From an uncultured Verrucomicrobiae bacterium (GTDB lineage Bacteria > Verrucomicrobiota > Verrucomicrobiia > Chthoniobacterales > Chthoniobacteraceae): a DNA stretch of 64,000 bases. Shown here in pieces: positions 46,423-55,376 of this stretch. How positions within the stretch are numbered: position 1 is the first letter of the stretch; each line of letters opens with the position of its first letter. The stretch is from contig CAWIKF010000002.1 in NCBI GenBank assembly GCA_963836755.1, forward strand, positions 1 through 64,000. The letters run 5' to 3'. Under the pieces are notes generated by a model, which worked only from the letters and a program-made list of their open reading frames with translations, was not told where the DNA came from and did no database searches. A program made the position numbers and the translations under genes.

Positions 46423-48324
46423 ATGATGCCACGGACGTTCCTTTCGTCGTTTGCCTTTGCCTCTCGTCCGCGACTTGCTCATTCTGTCTCCGCTTTGAAA
46501 AATTCTCAGCTGAAGCTCTCGCCCGCTTTCTGGCTTTTCGTCCTCACACTGGCCGTGCGCCTTTGTGTGCTCGTGCGGCTTTCTCATTCGCCTTACTTTC
46601 TGCCGGAGGCTGGCGACATGAAGTTCTACCACGATTGGGCCCTGCGCATCTTACACGGCAAATGGAATGACGCTCATGCGTTTTATGGGCTGCCTGGCTA
46701 CGCTTACTTTTTAACTGCCATCTACAAATGCGTGGGCGTCGATCCTTTTGCGGTTGGATCTTTGCAAGCTATTGCGGAAGCCTTTACTTCGGTTTTGATC
46801 TGGAAGATCGCCTCAAACGTATTCAGCAAAAGCGAGACTCACGACGGCAGCAGCGCGTCCTTGATAGGAATTATCGCCGCCATAGGCTGGGCCCTCTTTC
46901 AACCTGCACAAACCTTTTCGATCATCCTGATGCCGACTTCGTGGATGATCCTAGCGTTCTGGTATTGTGTCTGGCGAATCCTCGTAATCAAGAAAGCCTC
47001 TTTGTGGCGTTTTTGCCTGGAGCTAGGGCTCATCATTGGCCTTGTCGCCAATGTCATCGCCACGATCCTGTTTCTGATTCCGCTCGTCATCGCCGCCATG
47101 TTCACGACGTTCGGCACGGAAACATCGTTGGGGCGGCGCGCCGGCAATATCGTTTGTAGTTCCATTGTATTGATAGCAGCTGTCTTCATCGGGACAGCGC
47201 CGTGCTGGTATCATAACTACTTTGTCGCGCATGAACCCGTGCTGCTCTCGGCGCACAGCGGCATCAATTTCTATATCGGCAACAATCCGATCGCCAACGG
47301 CTACCCGAAGATTCCGCCCGGCATGCGCGCCGGGCAGGAAGGGATGTTGAAAGACTCCATCACCATGGCCGAGCTCGCGATGGGGCATCCTTTGAAGCGC
47401 GTGGAAGTTTCACACTATTGGTCTGCGAAGGCCAGCGACTACATCCATCAACATCTCCGCGATTGGCTGATCCTGATGCTGTTAAAGTTCAAGAATTTCT
47501 GGAACGCCTACCAATACGATGACCTCAGCCTCGTCACCCTCTTTGCAAAGTCGGACATTCTTGTTCCCGGCTTGCGGTTTGGTTTGGTGGCGGCGTTTGG
47601 TCTGGCCGGAATGCTCCTGGCGATCATGCAAGTGCCTCGATCGAGATGGGTGGCAGGCGCGATTCTGCTTCACATGGCAGCACTGTTGCCGGTGTTTGTC
47701 ACGGAGCGCTATCGGATGGCAGCTGTCCCGGGCCTATTGATCATGATGGGATACGCTCTGTGCCAACTTTGGCGCGCGTTGCTGGATGAAAGGTGGCGGA
47801 TGGCGTTCGTAAACCTTTCACTGAGCGCCGCGACTACTTCCTTTGTCTCCTGGCCGCAATCCGATCCGGGACTATGGGCGCTCGACTTCTACAACACCGG
47901 AATTAAGGAAACAGATGCAGGTCATCTAGCCCAGGCGAGGAAGGACATTGCGCTCGCATTGGAGTATGTGCCTGACAACTCAGAGATTAATTTCGCCATG
48001 GGAAACCTTTGTCTCAAAGAAGGTTCGCGGACAAAGGCGAAGCAATTCTACCGCCGTGCGATTGAGATTAATCCGCGTCACAGCAGCGCTTACAATAACC
48101 TCGGCGTCCTTGCGATGCAGGAAAACTTTTGGGACGCGGCCATCTCCTTCTTTCAAAGTTCTCTTCAGATAGAACCGGATGATGCAAAGACGAATTATCT
48201 TTTGGCCAAGTCCTTGTTGGGCAAAGGTGATCGCGCCGCCGCACGAGACGCGCTTAACAAAGCTCTCGCGCTTCAACCAAACCAGAAAGAATTTCTCGAG
48301 CTCCGGAGCACATTGGAACCTTAG
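46423..48324 (+). CDS. GT-C (PMT/ArnT-like) membrane protein with C-terminal TPRs
   Basis: GDMKFYHDWA, PGYAYFL, GINFYIGNNP and ERYR motifs; many TM helices; TPR tail. Confidence 0.75.
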   Translation: MMPRTFLSSFAFASRPRLAHSVSALKNSQLKLSPAFWLFVLTLAVRLCVLVRLSHSPYFLPEAGDMKFYHDWALRILHGKWNDAHAFYGLPGYAYFLTAIYKCVGVDPFAVGSLQAIAEAFTSVLIWKIASNVFSKSETHDGSSASLIGIIAAIGWALFQPAQTFSIILMPTSWMILAFWYCVWRILVIKKASLWRFCLELGLIIGLVANVIATILFLIPLVIAAMFTTFGTETSLGRRAGNIVCSSIVLIAAVFIGTAPCWYHNYFVAHEPVLLSAHSGINFYIGNNPIANGYPKIPPGMRAGQEGMLKDSITMAELAMGHPLKRVEVSHYWSAKASDYIHQHLRDWLILMLLKFKNFWNAYQYDDLSLVTLFAKSDILVPGLRFGLVAAFGLAGMLLAIMQVPRSRWVAGAILLHMAALLPVFVTERYRMAAVPGLLIMMGYALCQLWRALLDERWRMAFVNLSLSAATTSFVSWPQSDPGLWALDFYNTGIKETDAGHLAQARKDIALALEYVPDNSEINFAMGNLCLKEGSRTKAKQFYRRAIEINPRHSSAYNNLGVLAMQENFWDAAISFFQSSLQIEPDDAKTNYLLAKSLLGKGDRAAARDALNKALALQPNQKEFLELRSTLEP

Positions 48325-48339
48325 TTCCCGCTGACACAG

Positions 48340-49545
48340 ATGAATCCAACTGCGCTTTCGAAGACTACTCTCGTATTGCTGGCTCTGATCTGTGCGTTTG
48401 GGGTTTTCATGCGGCTCCAACCAGCTTCTGGTGAGCCAGTGCTCGGATTTGATGAGAACCTTTACCGCAATTACGTCAACATTCTCGACGCTAAAGGCCT
48501 CGGTTGCTATCCGGAAATGTCGAAGGGCTACATCGATGCGCAAAAGGAGCTTCCGAGCGCAATCCTTCCGCCGACGCGCTTTTTCTACATCTGCTGCGGA
48601 TACATCTGGCATCTTATTTTTGGCAGCGACCCGTTGGTAGCTCTCGAAAAAATTTCTTCGCTCTTCACAATCCTGTCACTGTTATTGACCGCGACTTTTG
48701 CGTCGAGGCTTGCGGGTAAAGAATTCGCGCTCGGCGTGACCGCGCTCATGGCTTGCGCTCCGACGCAGATTCACATGGCGCAACACGCATTGATCGATGG
48801 GGTCTTTGCGTTCTGGGCTTTGCTTTGCGCTTGGGCGCTTTGGGAAAACTTTCGCGCTCCAAAACATGTGGGATGGCTGGTTCTTCTCGGCATTGCCTTA
48901 TGCGGATTGGTGTTGACGAAGGAGAACGCCGCATTTGTTTTCGCAGCTCTCGTTGTCGTGGTCGTCGCGAATCACTGGCTGAAGTTTGGGACGACTACTT
49001 TGCCGCTAATCCTTATGCTTTTTGGCGGCCCAGCTCTTGCCATGGCGATCTTGTTTGTCCTTGCTGGCGGACCGGCGCAATTCATCGAGATTTACAAGCT
49101 GCTCGTCGAAAAGGCTTATGCTTTGCCTTATGCGATCAAATTTTGTGACGGGCCGTGGTATCGCTATCTCGTCGATTTGCTGTTGGTTAGTCCCATTGTT
49201 CTCGCGCTCGCCGTCGGCGAGGTCTTCCAGTTGACCAAGGAAAAAAAGGCGGGGCTCTATCTGTTTACTTTTCTCGCGGGGAGCTATCTCTTCATGGCAA
49301 ACGTGAAGTATGGGTTCAACCTTCGCTATGCGAATATGTGGGATATGCCGCTAAGGTTCCTCGCCTTCTCGCAGCTCTCGACACTTAGCAGTCGCTTTGG
49401 GCGTTACCGCGTGACGAGTCTCGTCGTCCTCACGCTTTTGCTTTGTGTTTTCGAGTTGAACCAGTTCCGCATCTTCTTTGTGAACTACCGGCTTTACGAA
49501 CTTGTCAGCGAAGGTTTGTTGCGCGCGGTGAAGATCATCAAATGA
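48340..49545 (+). CDS. GT-C (PMT_2/ArnT-like) membrane glycosyltransferase
   Basis: GFDE in the first loop, PP motif, LTKE and LRY motifs; polytopic. Confidence 0.7.
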   Translation: MNPTALSKTTLVLLALICAFGVFMRLQPASGEPVLGFDENLYRNYVNILDAKGLGCYPEMSKGYIDAQKELPSAILPPTRFFYICCGYIWHLIFGSDPLVALEKISSLFTILSLLLTATFASRLAGKEFALGVTALMACAPTQIHMAQHALIDGVFAFWALLCAWALWENFRAPKHVGWLVLLGIALCGLVLTKENAAFVFAALVVVVVANHWLKFGTTTLPLILMLFGGPALAMAILFVLAGGPAQFIEIYKLLVEKAYALPYAIKFCDGPWYRYLVDLLLVSPIVLALAVGEVFQLTKEKKAGLYLFTFLAGSYLFMANVKYGFNLRYANMWDMPLRFLAFSQLSTLSSRFGRYRVTSLVVLTLLLCVFELNQFRIFFVNYRLYELVSEGLLRAVKIIK

Positions 49546-49562
49546 GTCGCCGCGCACTTCGC

Positions 49563-51056
49563 TTACTTCCGTAGCGCGTTGCTAGCCTCGATCGTTTCTT
49601 CCAGTAAATGGCTTACCGTCGGCGTGGCCCTCGCGCGCATAAAGATTTGGTAGCTCCACATGCCGGCGCTGACGCGAAGCAGAAGTTGGTTTAGCTTTAG
49701 CAACAATGTGCCGGCAAAGTTATCGCCGAGCGCTTTTGGGTAAGGTGCGGGAATCCCTTTGATTTCGAGCACTTGGTAGCCCGTTTGTTCGAAAAGTTCG
49801 CGCAGCGAGTTAAAGGTGAAGAGTCGCGTGTGCGTGCGGTCGAGGATTCCTTTGCGGCCGTAGTTAAATTGTCCCAAAAGCAGCATCAGCCGCGTGACGA
49901 AGAACCCGATGTTTGCCGTGGTGAGCACAATCTCCGGCCGTTTTCTCACCGTCGCCTGTCGGATGTTCTCCATGAAATTCTCCGGGTCCTTCAAATGTTC
50001 GATGACATCGAGGAGAAAGATCTGGTCGAACTGCGACGCGTCCACGGGTAGGTGTTTTGTTTCCAAATCCCAGCGGTGAAACTCCACGTTTGGCACCTCC
50101 GATTCCGGCGGGACGTATTGATCGATCGCCACGACGTGCGCGGCGCGTTTCGCCATCTCCTTCGCGACGAAACCTTGACCGCAACCGATGTCGAGAACCT
50201 TGGCGCCGGACGTGACGGCTTCAATCGCATACGTATGCGATGACGCGAAACCCAACTTTAGGTCATAGGTGTGCTCGACCGCGGCAACATCAAACTTCCG
50301 GTCATACAAAAGATTCCGCTGATGGAACTTTGCGCGCAGCATCGTGCGCACGATGTCCCACGCGTATCGCATTCCGTTCACATAGCAGATCTCGTCGCCG
50401 TAATAGGTCGGGATCGGCAGCTCCACGATCCGCAGTCCTTTCATCACGAGCTGGATGATGATCTCCGTGTCGAAGTGGAAATCGTTCGAGTTCCGCTCAA
50501 AAGGGATCTGCCGCAGCGCAGCGGTCGAGTAAACGCGGTAGCCGGAGTGAAACTCGGTGAGCGACGTGCGCAGCATGCGGTTTTGAAATCGCGTGAGCGT
50601 CTGATTGCCCAACCACTTGTAGATCGGCATGCCGCCCTTGAGCGCGTCGCCTTTTTCCATCATCCGGGAACCGAAAACCGCGTCCGCTTCGCCGCTCAAT
50701 AGCGGGCCGAGCAAAAACGGGAGCTTCTCGGGCGCGTATTGGCCGTCGCCGTGCAAGAGCGCGACGAACTCAAAACCGTTGTCGATGGCGTAGCGATAGC
50801 CGAGCTTCTGGTTTCCGCCGTAACCCTGGTTCTCCGTGGTGCGGAGGACGGTGAGTTTGATGTCGCCGGCGCTCTTTTCATACTCGAGGCCGCGCTGAAA
50901 GGTCGCATCCTTTGACGAATCATCGATGACCAGCACTTCAGCGTTTCCCGCGCGCAACTTTGACGGGATTCGGCTGAGCACGCTCTCGATCGTCGTCTCC
51001 GCATTGTATGCGACCACGAAAATGAGGATGCGTCTGCCGGCGAGATCGACTTCCAT
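49563..51056 (-). CDS. GT2 (Dpm1-like polyprenyl-phosphate sugar synthase) fused to a SAM methyltransferase domain
   Basis: AYNAE, DDSSKD, NQGYGGNQK, HGDGQY, GSR and FDTE motifs; C-terminal LDIGCGQG and DVIEHL. Confidence 0.85.
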   Translation of the reverse strand: MEVDLAGRRILIFVVAYNAETTIESVLSRIPSKLRAGNAEVLVIDDSSKDATFQRGLEYEKSAGDIKLTVLRTTENQGYGGNQKLGYRYAIDNGFEFVALLHGDGQYAPEKLPFLLGPLLSGEADAVFGSRMMEKGDALKGGMPIYKWLGNQTLTRFQNRMLRTSLTEFHSGYRVYSTAALRQIPFERNSNDFHFDTEIIIQLVMKGLRIVELPIPTYYGDEICYVNGMRYAWDIVRTMLRAKFHQRNLLYDRKFDVAAVEHTYDLKLGFASSHTYAIEAVTSGAKVLDIGCGQGFVAKEMAKRAAHVVAIDQYVPPESEVPNVEFHRWDLETKHLPVDASQFDQIFLLDVIEHLKDPENFMENIRQATVRKRPEIVLTTANIGFFVTRLMLLLGQFNYGRKGILDRTHTRLFTFNSLRELFEQTGYQVLEIKGIPAPYPKALGDNFAGTLLLKLNQLLLRVSAGMWSYQIFMRARATPTVSHLLEETIEASNALRK

Positions 51057-51103
51057 CTCGGTGCAGACTTAGCAGTTTGCCGGCCTCGCGCCGACAAAAT
51101 TCA

Positions 51104-51154
51104 CCCCAGCGACGCCGGGATCAATCCGCAAGGATCGGCTCCGGTGCGTCGGGG
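51104..51154. other. Long imperfect hairpin after the nrdJ stop
   Basis: cccc...gacgccggga..atcc-gcaa-ggat..ctccggtgcgtcgggg. Confidence 0.4.
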
Positions 51155-51185
51155 CGAGGGGGATTGCGTTTTTCTTTCATGACTC

Positions 51186-54100
51186 TCAACTGCAGCCCTG
51201 GCTCGTCCCGCATTCGGTGCAACATCCGCACGCCCCGGCGCGGATCACCTTGTTGCTCCCACAGTTTGAGCAGGTCACATCCATGAACATCGTGCCGAGC
51301 GCCACACTCACCCGCTCGGCGTGCGTATCGGCGTGGCCATTCGAGGAAACTTGCGGCGAGCCTTCGCTATTCGCCGTGTTTAAAAAGACGTCGATGATTT
51401 CCTTTTCCGCAGTTCTCGAGAGATCGGCCACGGGCCTGTTCAGCGCCTTTTTCTCCATCTCGGTGATACCTTTCATCGGCAAATCCGGCTGCGCGGCGTG
51501 CGGCGCGGTCGCTTCTTTGTAGCCCTTGATGAACTGGCAGGCGAGCCAGCGGAAGACGTAATCGGTGATGCTCGTCGCATTCCGGATGTCGGGGTTCCGC
51601 GTGAAGCCGCTCGGCTCGAAGCGCTGGTAGGCAAACTTTTTCACGAGGCTCTCCAGCGGCACGCCGTATTGCAGCGCCATTGAAGTCAAAGTCGCCACGG
51701 TATCCATGAGACCGCCAATGGTGCTGCCTTCCTTCGACATTTGGATGAAAAGCTCGCCCGGCTGGCCGTCCTCATACAAGCCGACCGTAATGTAGCCTTC
51801 GTGACCGGCGATTTCGAATTTATGCGTCAAAGACAGGCGCGTGTCCGGCATCCGATGGCGCAGCGGCTGGTTAACTTTGCCGCGCAAGGTTTCGAGCTCA
51901 GTGTTTAGCTGGATGATCCGCGCCTCGAGCTCCTCCTTGGAGGAAATTTCGGCCTCGATCTCGCCCGCGGCACCCATGTCCTTCGTCTTTTTGACGTTGA
52001 GAGGCGCGCTTCGCTTCGACCCGTCGCGGTAGATGGCGATGGCTTTGAGCCCGAGCTTCCAACCCTCGATGTAAGTGTTCACGATATCGTCCACCGAGGC
52101 GTGCTCGGGCAGGTTGACGGTCTTCGAGATTGCGCCGCTGAGGAACGGCTGCGCTGCCGCCATCATCCGGATGTGACCTCTGTAATGCAAACTGCGGCGT
52201 CCTTTGTGCGGTTTGAAGGCGCAATCAAACACGGGCAAATGTTCGGGCTTCAATCCGCTCTGTATCATCCGCGGACCTGAGGATTCGGCTTCAAATGTTA
52301 AATCTTGCGATCCCAACATTGAGTCTTTGGATCCAGACATTGGATCTTTGGATCCCAATTTTGAACCTGGAGATCCCGAGATCGAACCTCCGGATCGCGA
52401 TGCCGAGCCTAGCGATCCCGATGCCGAGCCTGTGGATCCCAATGCCGAGGTATCGGATCGCGATGTTGAGCCTGCCGATCCCGAGATTGAGGCTTGGGAT
52501 TCGTCGATGACATCTTCAATCGTGTCGTGCTCGTTAATATGAGAGATGATCCGCTCAATCTCTTCCTGGGTGTAACCAAGGTTCTCCAGCGCGGGCCGGA
52601 CGGTCTGGTTGACGATCTTTAACATGCCGCCGCCGGCCAGCAGCTTGTATTTTACGAGCGCAATGTCGGGCTCGATGCCGGTGGTGTCGCAATCCATCAG
52701 GAATCCGATCGTGCCGGTCGGGGCGAGGACGGTGACTTGCGCGTTCCGGTAGCCGTGCTCGCGGCCGAGCGCCGCCGTTTCGTCCCAAATGCGCTGCGCT
52801 TCCTCTTTTAAATAACCAAACTTTGCCGACGGATGAATGGTCTCGACGGCGGCGCGATGCCGCTCGATGACCTCGAGCATCGGCTCGACATTATCCGGCG
52901 CGAGGGGCGTCTCGACGCCGCTGGCGCGTGCGTCGCGGAAGCCGGGGAAGGCGCCCATGAATTGCGCCATGAACGCGCTTTGCCGGTAGGCTTCGCCGTG
53001 CATGATCGCGGTGATGGCGCCGGCGAGCGCGCGGCCCTCGTCGCTGTCGTAGCCGAGGCCGTAGCTCATGATGAGCGCGCCAAGGTTTGCGTAGCCGAGG
53101 CCGAGGGTGCGGAAGATGTGGGAATTTTCCGCGATTTCCTTGATCGGATAGCTGGCGTTATCGACGATGATTTCCTGTGCGGTGATGAAAAGTCGCACGG
53201 CCGCCTTGAAGCGTTCGATGTCGAAGCTGCCGTCGGCTTTTTTGAACTTCAGGAGGTTGAGCGACGCAAGATTGCACGCGGTGTTGTCGAGGAAAAGGTA
53301 TTCGCTGCACGGGTTGGTCGAATTTTGACGCGCAGTGCCTTTGCAGGTGTGCCATTTGTGAATGGTCGTGTCGAATTGCATGCCCGGGTCGCCGCAAATG
53401 TGCGTCCCCTCGGCAATCATGCGCAGCAACCCGCGCGCATCTTTTTTCTCGCACGGCTTGCCGTCCGTCACGCGGCGTGTCCACCATTCGCGGCCCTCGA
53501 TCGCGGCCTCCATGAACTCGTCGCTCGCGCGAACGCTGAGATTTTCGTTTTGATACATGATCGAGCCGTATGCGTCGCCGTTGTAGCTGCCGTCATAACC
53601 CTGCTCGATGAGTGCCCAGGCCTTCTTTTCCTCGTTGGTCTTCGCCCGGATGAATTCCTCGATGTCCGGATGCCAGTCTTTGAGGGTGTTCATCTTCGCT
53701 GCGCGCCGGGTTTTGCCGCCACTTTTGACGACGTTGGCCACTTGGTCGTAAACTTTGAGGAAGGAAAGCGGCCCGCTGGGCTTGCCCCCCCCGCTCAACT
53801 TTTCCCGCGTGCTGCGCAGCGACGAAAGATCGGTGCCCGTGCCGCTGCCATATTTAAACAGCATCGCCTCGCTCTTCGCGAGCCGCATGATGTCCTCCAT
53901 CGTGTCGCCCACGCTCTGGATGAAGCATGCGCTGCCCTGCGGATATTCGTATTGGGTCGGCGCCCGTTCCGCCTGGCCCGTGCCGTGGTTGTAGTAATAG
54001 TTCCCTTCGCCCGCGTCCTTGCCGATCCCATATTCGTGATGGAGCCCAACGTTAAACCATACGGGAGAATTGAATGCGCCATGCTGGTTTACGCATAGCC

Positions 54101-54515
54101 AGGTCAGCTCGTCGTAGAAACGTTCGGCATCTTCACTGCTCGCGAAGTATCCGTCCTTCACGCCGCAGTCGGTGATCGTCCGCGTCACGCGATGCACGAG
54201 TTGCCGGACAGAGTTTTCGCGTCCGCCCTTGTAGGGATCGGTGCCATTTGCGATGTCGCCGTAGAAATATTTCGAGACCGCGATCTTTGTCGCGAGCGCG
54301 CTCCAGCTTTTGGGCACCTCGATATTTTCTTGTTTGAAAATCGATTTTCCGCCGTCGTCGGTGATTTCGGCGGTGCGATTTTCCCATTCGATTTGTGCAA
54401 AAGGCGAGACGGTTTCGTTGCTGAAAACACGTTCGACCTTCAATCCCTGTCCTTGGCGGGACGGGGCATTGACCTTCAGGCGGTCGGCGCTAACGCCGGA
54501 TTTTAATTTGATCAT
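51186..54515 (-). CDS. nrdJ: Adenosylcobalamin-dependent (class II) ribonucleotide reductase
   Basis: FNSPVWFN, SACFI, TNPCSEY, APTGT and SGAISKTVNLP motifs; C-terminal TSCPD-like domain and Cys zinc ribbon; start placed at the ATG at 54515. Confidence 0.95.
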   Translation of the reverse strand: MIKLKSGVSADRLKVNAPSRQGQGLKVERVFSNETVSPFAQIEWENRTAEITDDGGKSIFKQENIEVPKSWSALATKIAVSKYFYGDIANGTDPYKGGRENSVRQLVHRVTRTITDCGVKDGYFASSEDAERFYDELTWLCVNQHGAFNSPVWFNVGLHHEYGIGKDAGEGNYYYNHGTGQAERAPTQYEYPQGSACFIQSVGDTMEDIMRLAKSEAMLFKYGSGTGTDLSSLRSTREKLSGGGKPSGPLSFLKVYDQVANVVKSGGKTRRAAKMNTLKDWHPDIEEFIRAKTNEEKKAWALIEQGYDGSYNGDAYGSIMYQNENLSVRASDEFMEAAIEGREWWTRRVTDGKPCEKKDARGLLRMIAEGTHICGDPGMQFDTTIHKWHTCKGTARQNSTNPCSEYLFLDNTACNLASLNLLKFKKADGSFDIERFKAAVRLFITAQEIIVDNASYPIKEIAENSHIFRTLGLGYANLGALIMSYGLGYDSDEGRALAGAITAIMHGEAYRQSAFMAQFMGAFPGFRDARASGVETPLAPDNVEPMLEVIERHRAAVETIHPSAKFGYLKEEAQRIWDETAALGREHGYRNAQVTVLAPTGTIGFLMDCDTTGIEPDIALVKYKLLAGGGMLKIVNQTVRPALENLGYTQEEIERIISHINEHDTIEDVIDESQASISGSAGSTSRSDTSALGSTGSASGSLGSASRSGGSISGSPGSKLGSKDPMSGSKDSMLGSQDLTFEAESSGPRMIQSGLKPEHLPVFDCAFKPHKGRRSLHYRGHIRMMAAAQPFLSGAISKTVNLPEHASVDDIVNTYIEGWKLGLKAIAIYRDGSKRSAPLNVKKTKDMGAAGEIEAEISSKEELEARIIQLNTELETLRGKVNQPLRHRMPDTRLSLTHKFEIAGHEGYITVGLYEDGQPGELFIQMSKEGSTIGGLMDTVATLTSMALQYGVPLESLVKKFAYQRFEPSGFTRNPDIRNATSITDYVFRWLACQFIKGYKEATAPHAAQPDLPMKGITEMEKKALNRPVADLSRTAEKEIIDVFLNTANSEGSPQVSSNGHADTHAERVSVALGTMFMDVTCSNCGSNKVIRAGACGCCTECGTSQGCS
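52309..52497. repeat. Nine degenerate 21-bp tandem repeats inside nrdJ
   Basis: Each unit starts with GATC at exact 21-bp spacing; encodes S/G-rich heptads in NrdJ. Confidence 0.9.
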
Positions 54516-54628
54516 GGCAATGTCTTTAAAGTTTGACTGGGCGGCTGCGAATAAGCTGCCAATAGCTTGTGGATTGCCGGTGAATTCCCAGCCAATAACC
54601 ACACTATATCGGCAACGCGATGACCTTA

Positions 54629-54644
54629 ACCACAATATGTGGTG
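54629..54644. promoter_or_regulatory. NrdR box upstream of nrdJ
   Basis: accacaatatgtggtg resembles the NrdR palindrome; a weaker second site (cacactatatcggc) lies near 54600. Confidence 0.7.
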
Positions 54645-54743
54645 GGACAAGAAAAATCGAGCGGCGGATTAAAATACCTGTGGAACGAAGGAAAACAGTG
54701 CGTTCCAGCCCGACGAAAACCCCGCCGACGAGCGGAAAAGCCG

Positions 54744-55331
54744 CTAATTCGACGCGAGACGCGAGCGAAGAAATGCCGTTTCCTGCGCGAGAGCGCGATG
54801 GATGGAAAGATTAGAAACGTCGATTTGAACACCAACGTTCACCATGTTAAACAGCTGCACAACATCGCGCGAACGCATGCGAATGCAGCCATAGCTCGCG
54901 GGCCGGCCGATGAGGCGCTCCACCGGCGTGCCATGAATGTAAATGCTGCGCTCGTATGCGTGGCTGTTGCGCGCTTCCAAGCCGCGCAGCCAAAGGATCC
55001 GCGTGACAATCGGATCGCGGCCCGTCGCATTCGGGCGCAAAATTTCGCCGGTAAAATGCCGGCATTTGAAAACCGCGCCGAGCGGCGCGCCGTCGCCGAT
55101 TTTTGCGGCGACTTCCAATTTACCGATCGGCGTCGCGTAGCTGCCGAAGCGATCTCCCAAGCCGTAGCGCGAGGTCGAAACCGGATATTGCGCAATCAGC
55201 ATTCCATTTTCCATCACCGCGATCTTTTGGTCGGGCACGCTCACGATCACGGACCGATCGAGCTCGACGGCGCGCGCGGAAAACGTCGCGGAAAACGCCA
55301 GCAAAGCAGTGAGAATTTTGTGGAATCGCAT
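54744..55331 (-). CDS. L,D-transpeptidase (YkuD family)
   Basis: IYIHGT...PASYGCIRM catalytic motif; signal peptide. Confidence 0.9.
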   Translation of the reverse strand: MRFHKILTALLAFSATFSARAVELDRSVIVSVPDQKIAVMENGMLIAQYPVSTSRYGLGDRFGSYATPIGKLEVAAKIGDGAPLGAVFKCRHFTGEILRPNATGRDPIVTRILWLRGLEARNSHAYERSIYIHGTPVERLIGRPASYGCIRMRSRDVVQLFNMVNVGVQIDVSNLSIHRALAQETAFLRSRLASN

Positions 55332-55376
55332 GACGTGCTTTTCCCAAGCACGACGCATGCCGGCGCTCTGCGCGAA

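Noticed and set aside
52309..52497. Possible CRISPR array or intein in nrdJ
   Set aside because: Units are contiguous degenerate 21-mers without unique spacers, there are no cas genes, and there is no Cys/Ser...His-Asn intein boundary.
52833..54098. 421-aa plus-strand ORF
   Set aside because: Antisense shadow of nrdJ.
54516..54743. Cobalamin riboswitch upstream of nrdJ
   Set aside because: No recognisable B12-box elements; the NrdR box explains the region better.
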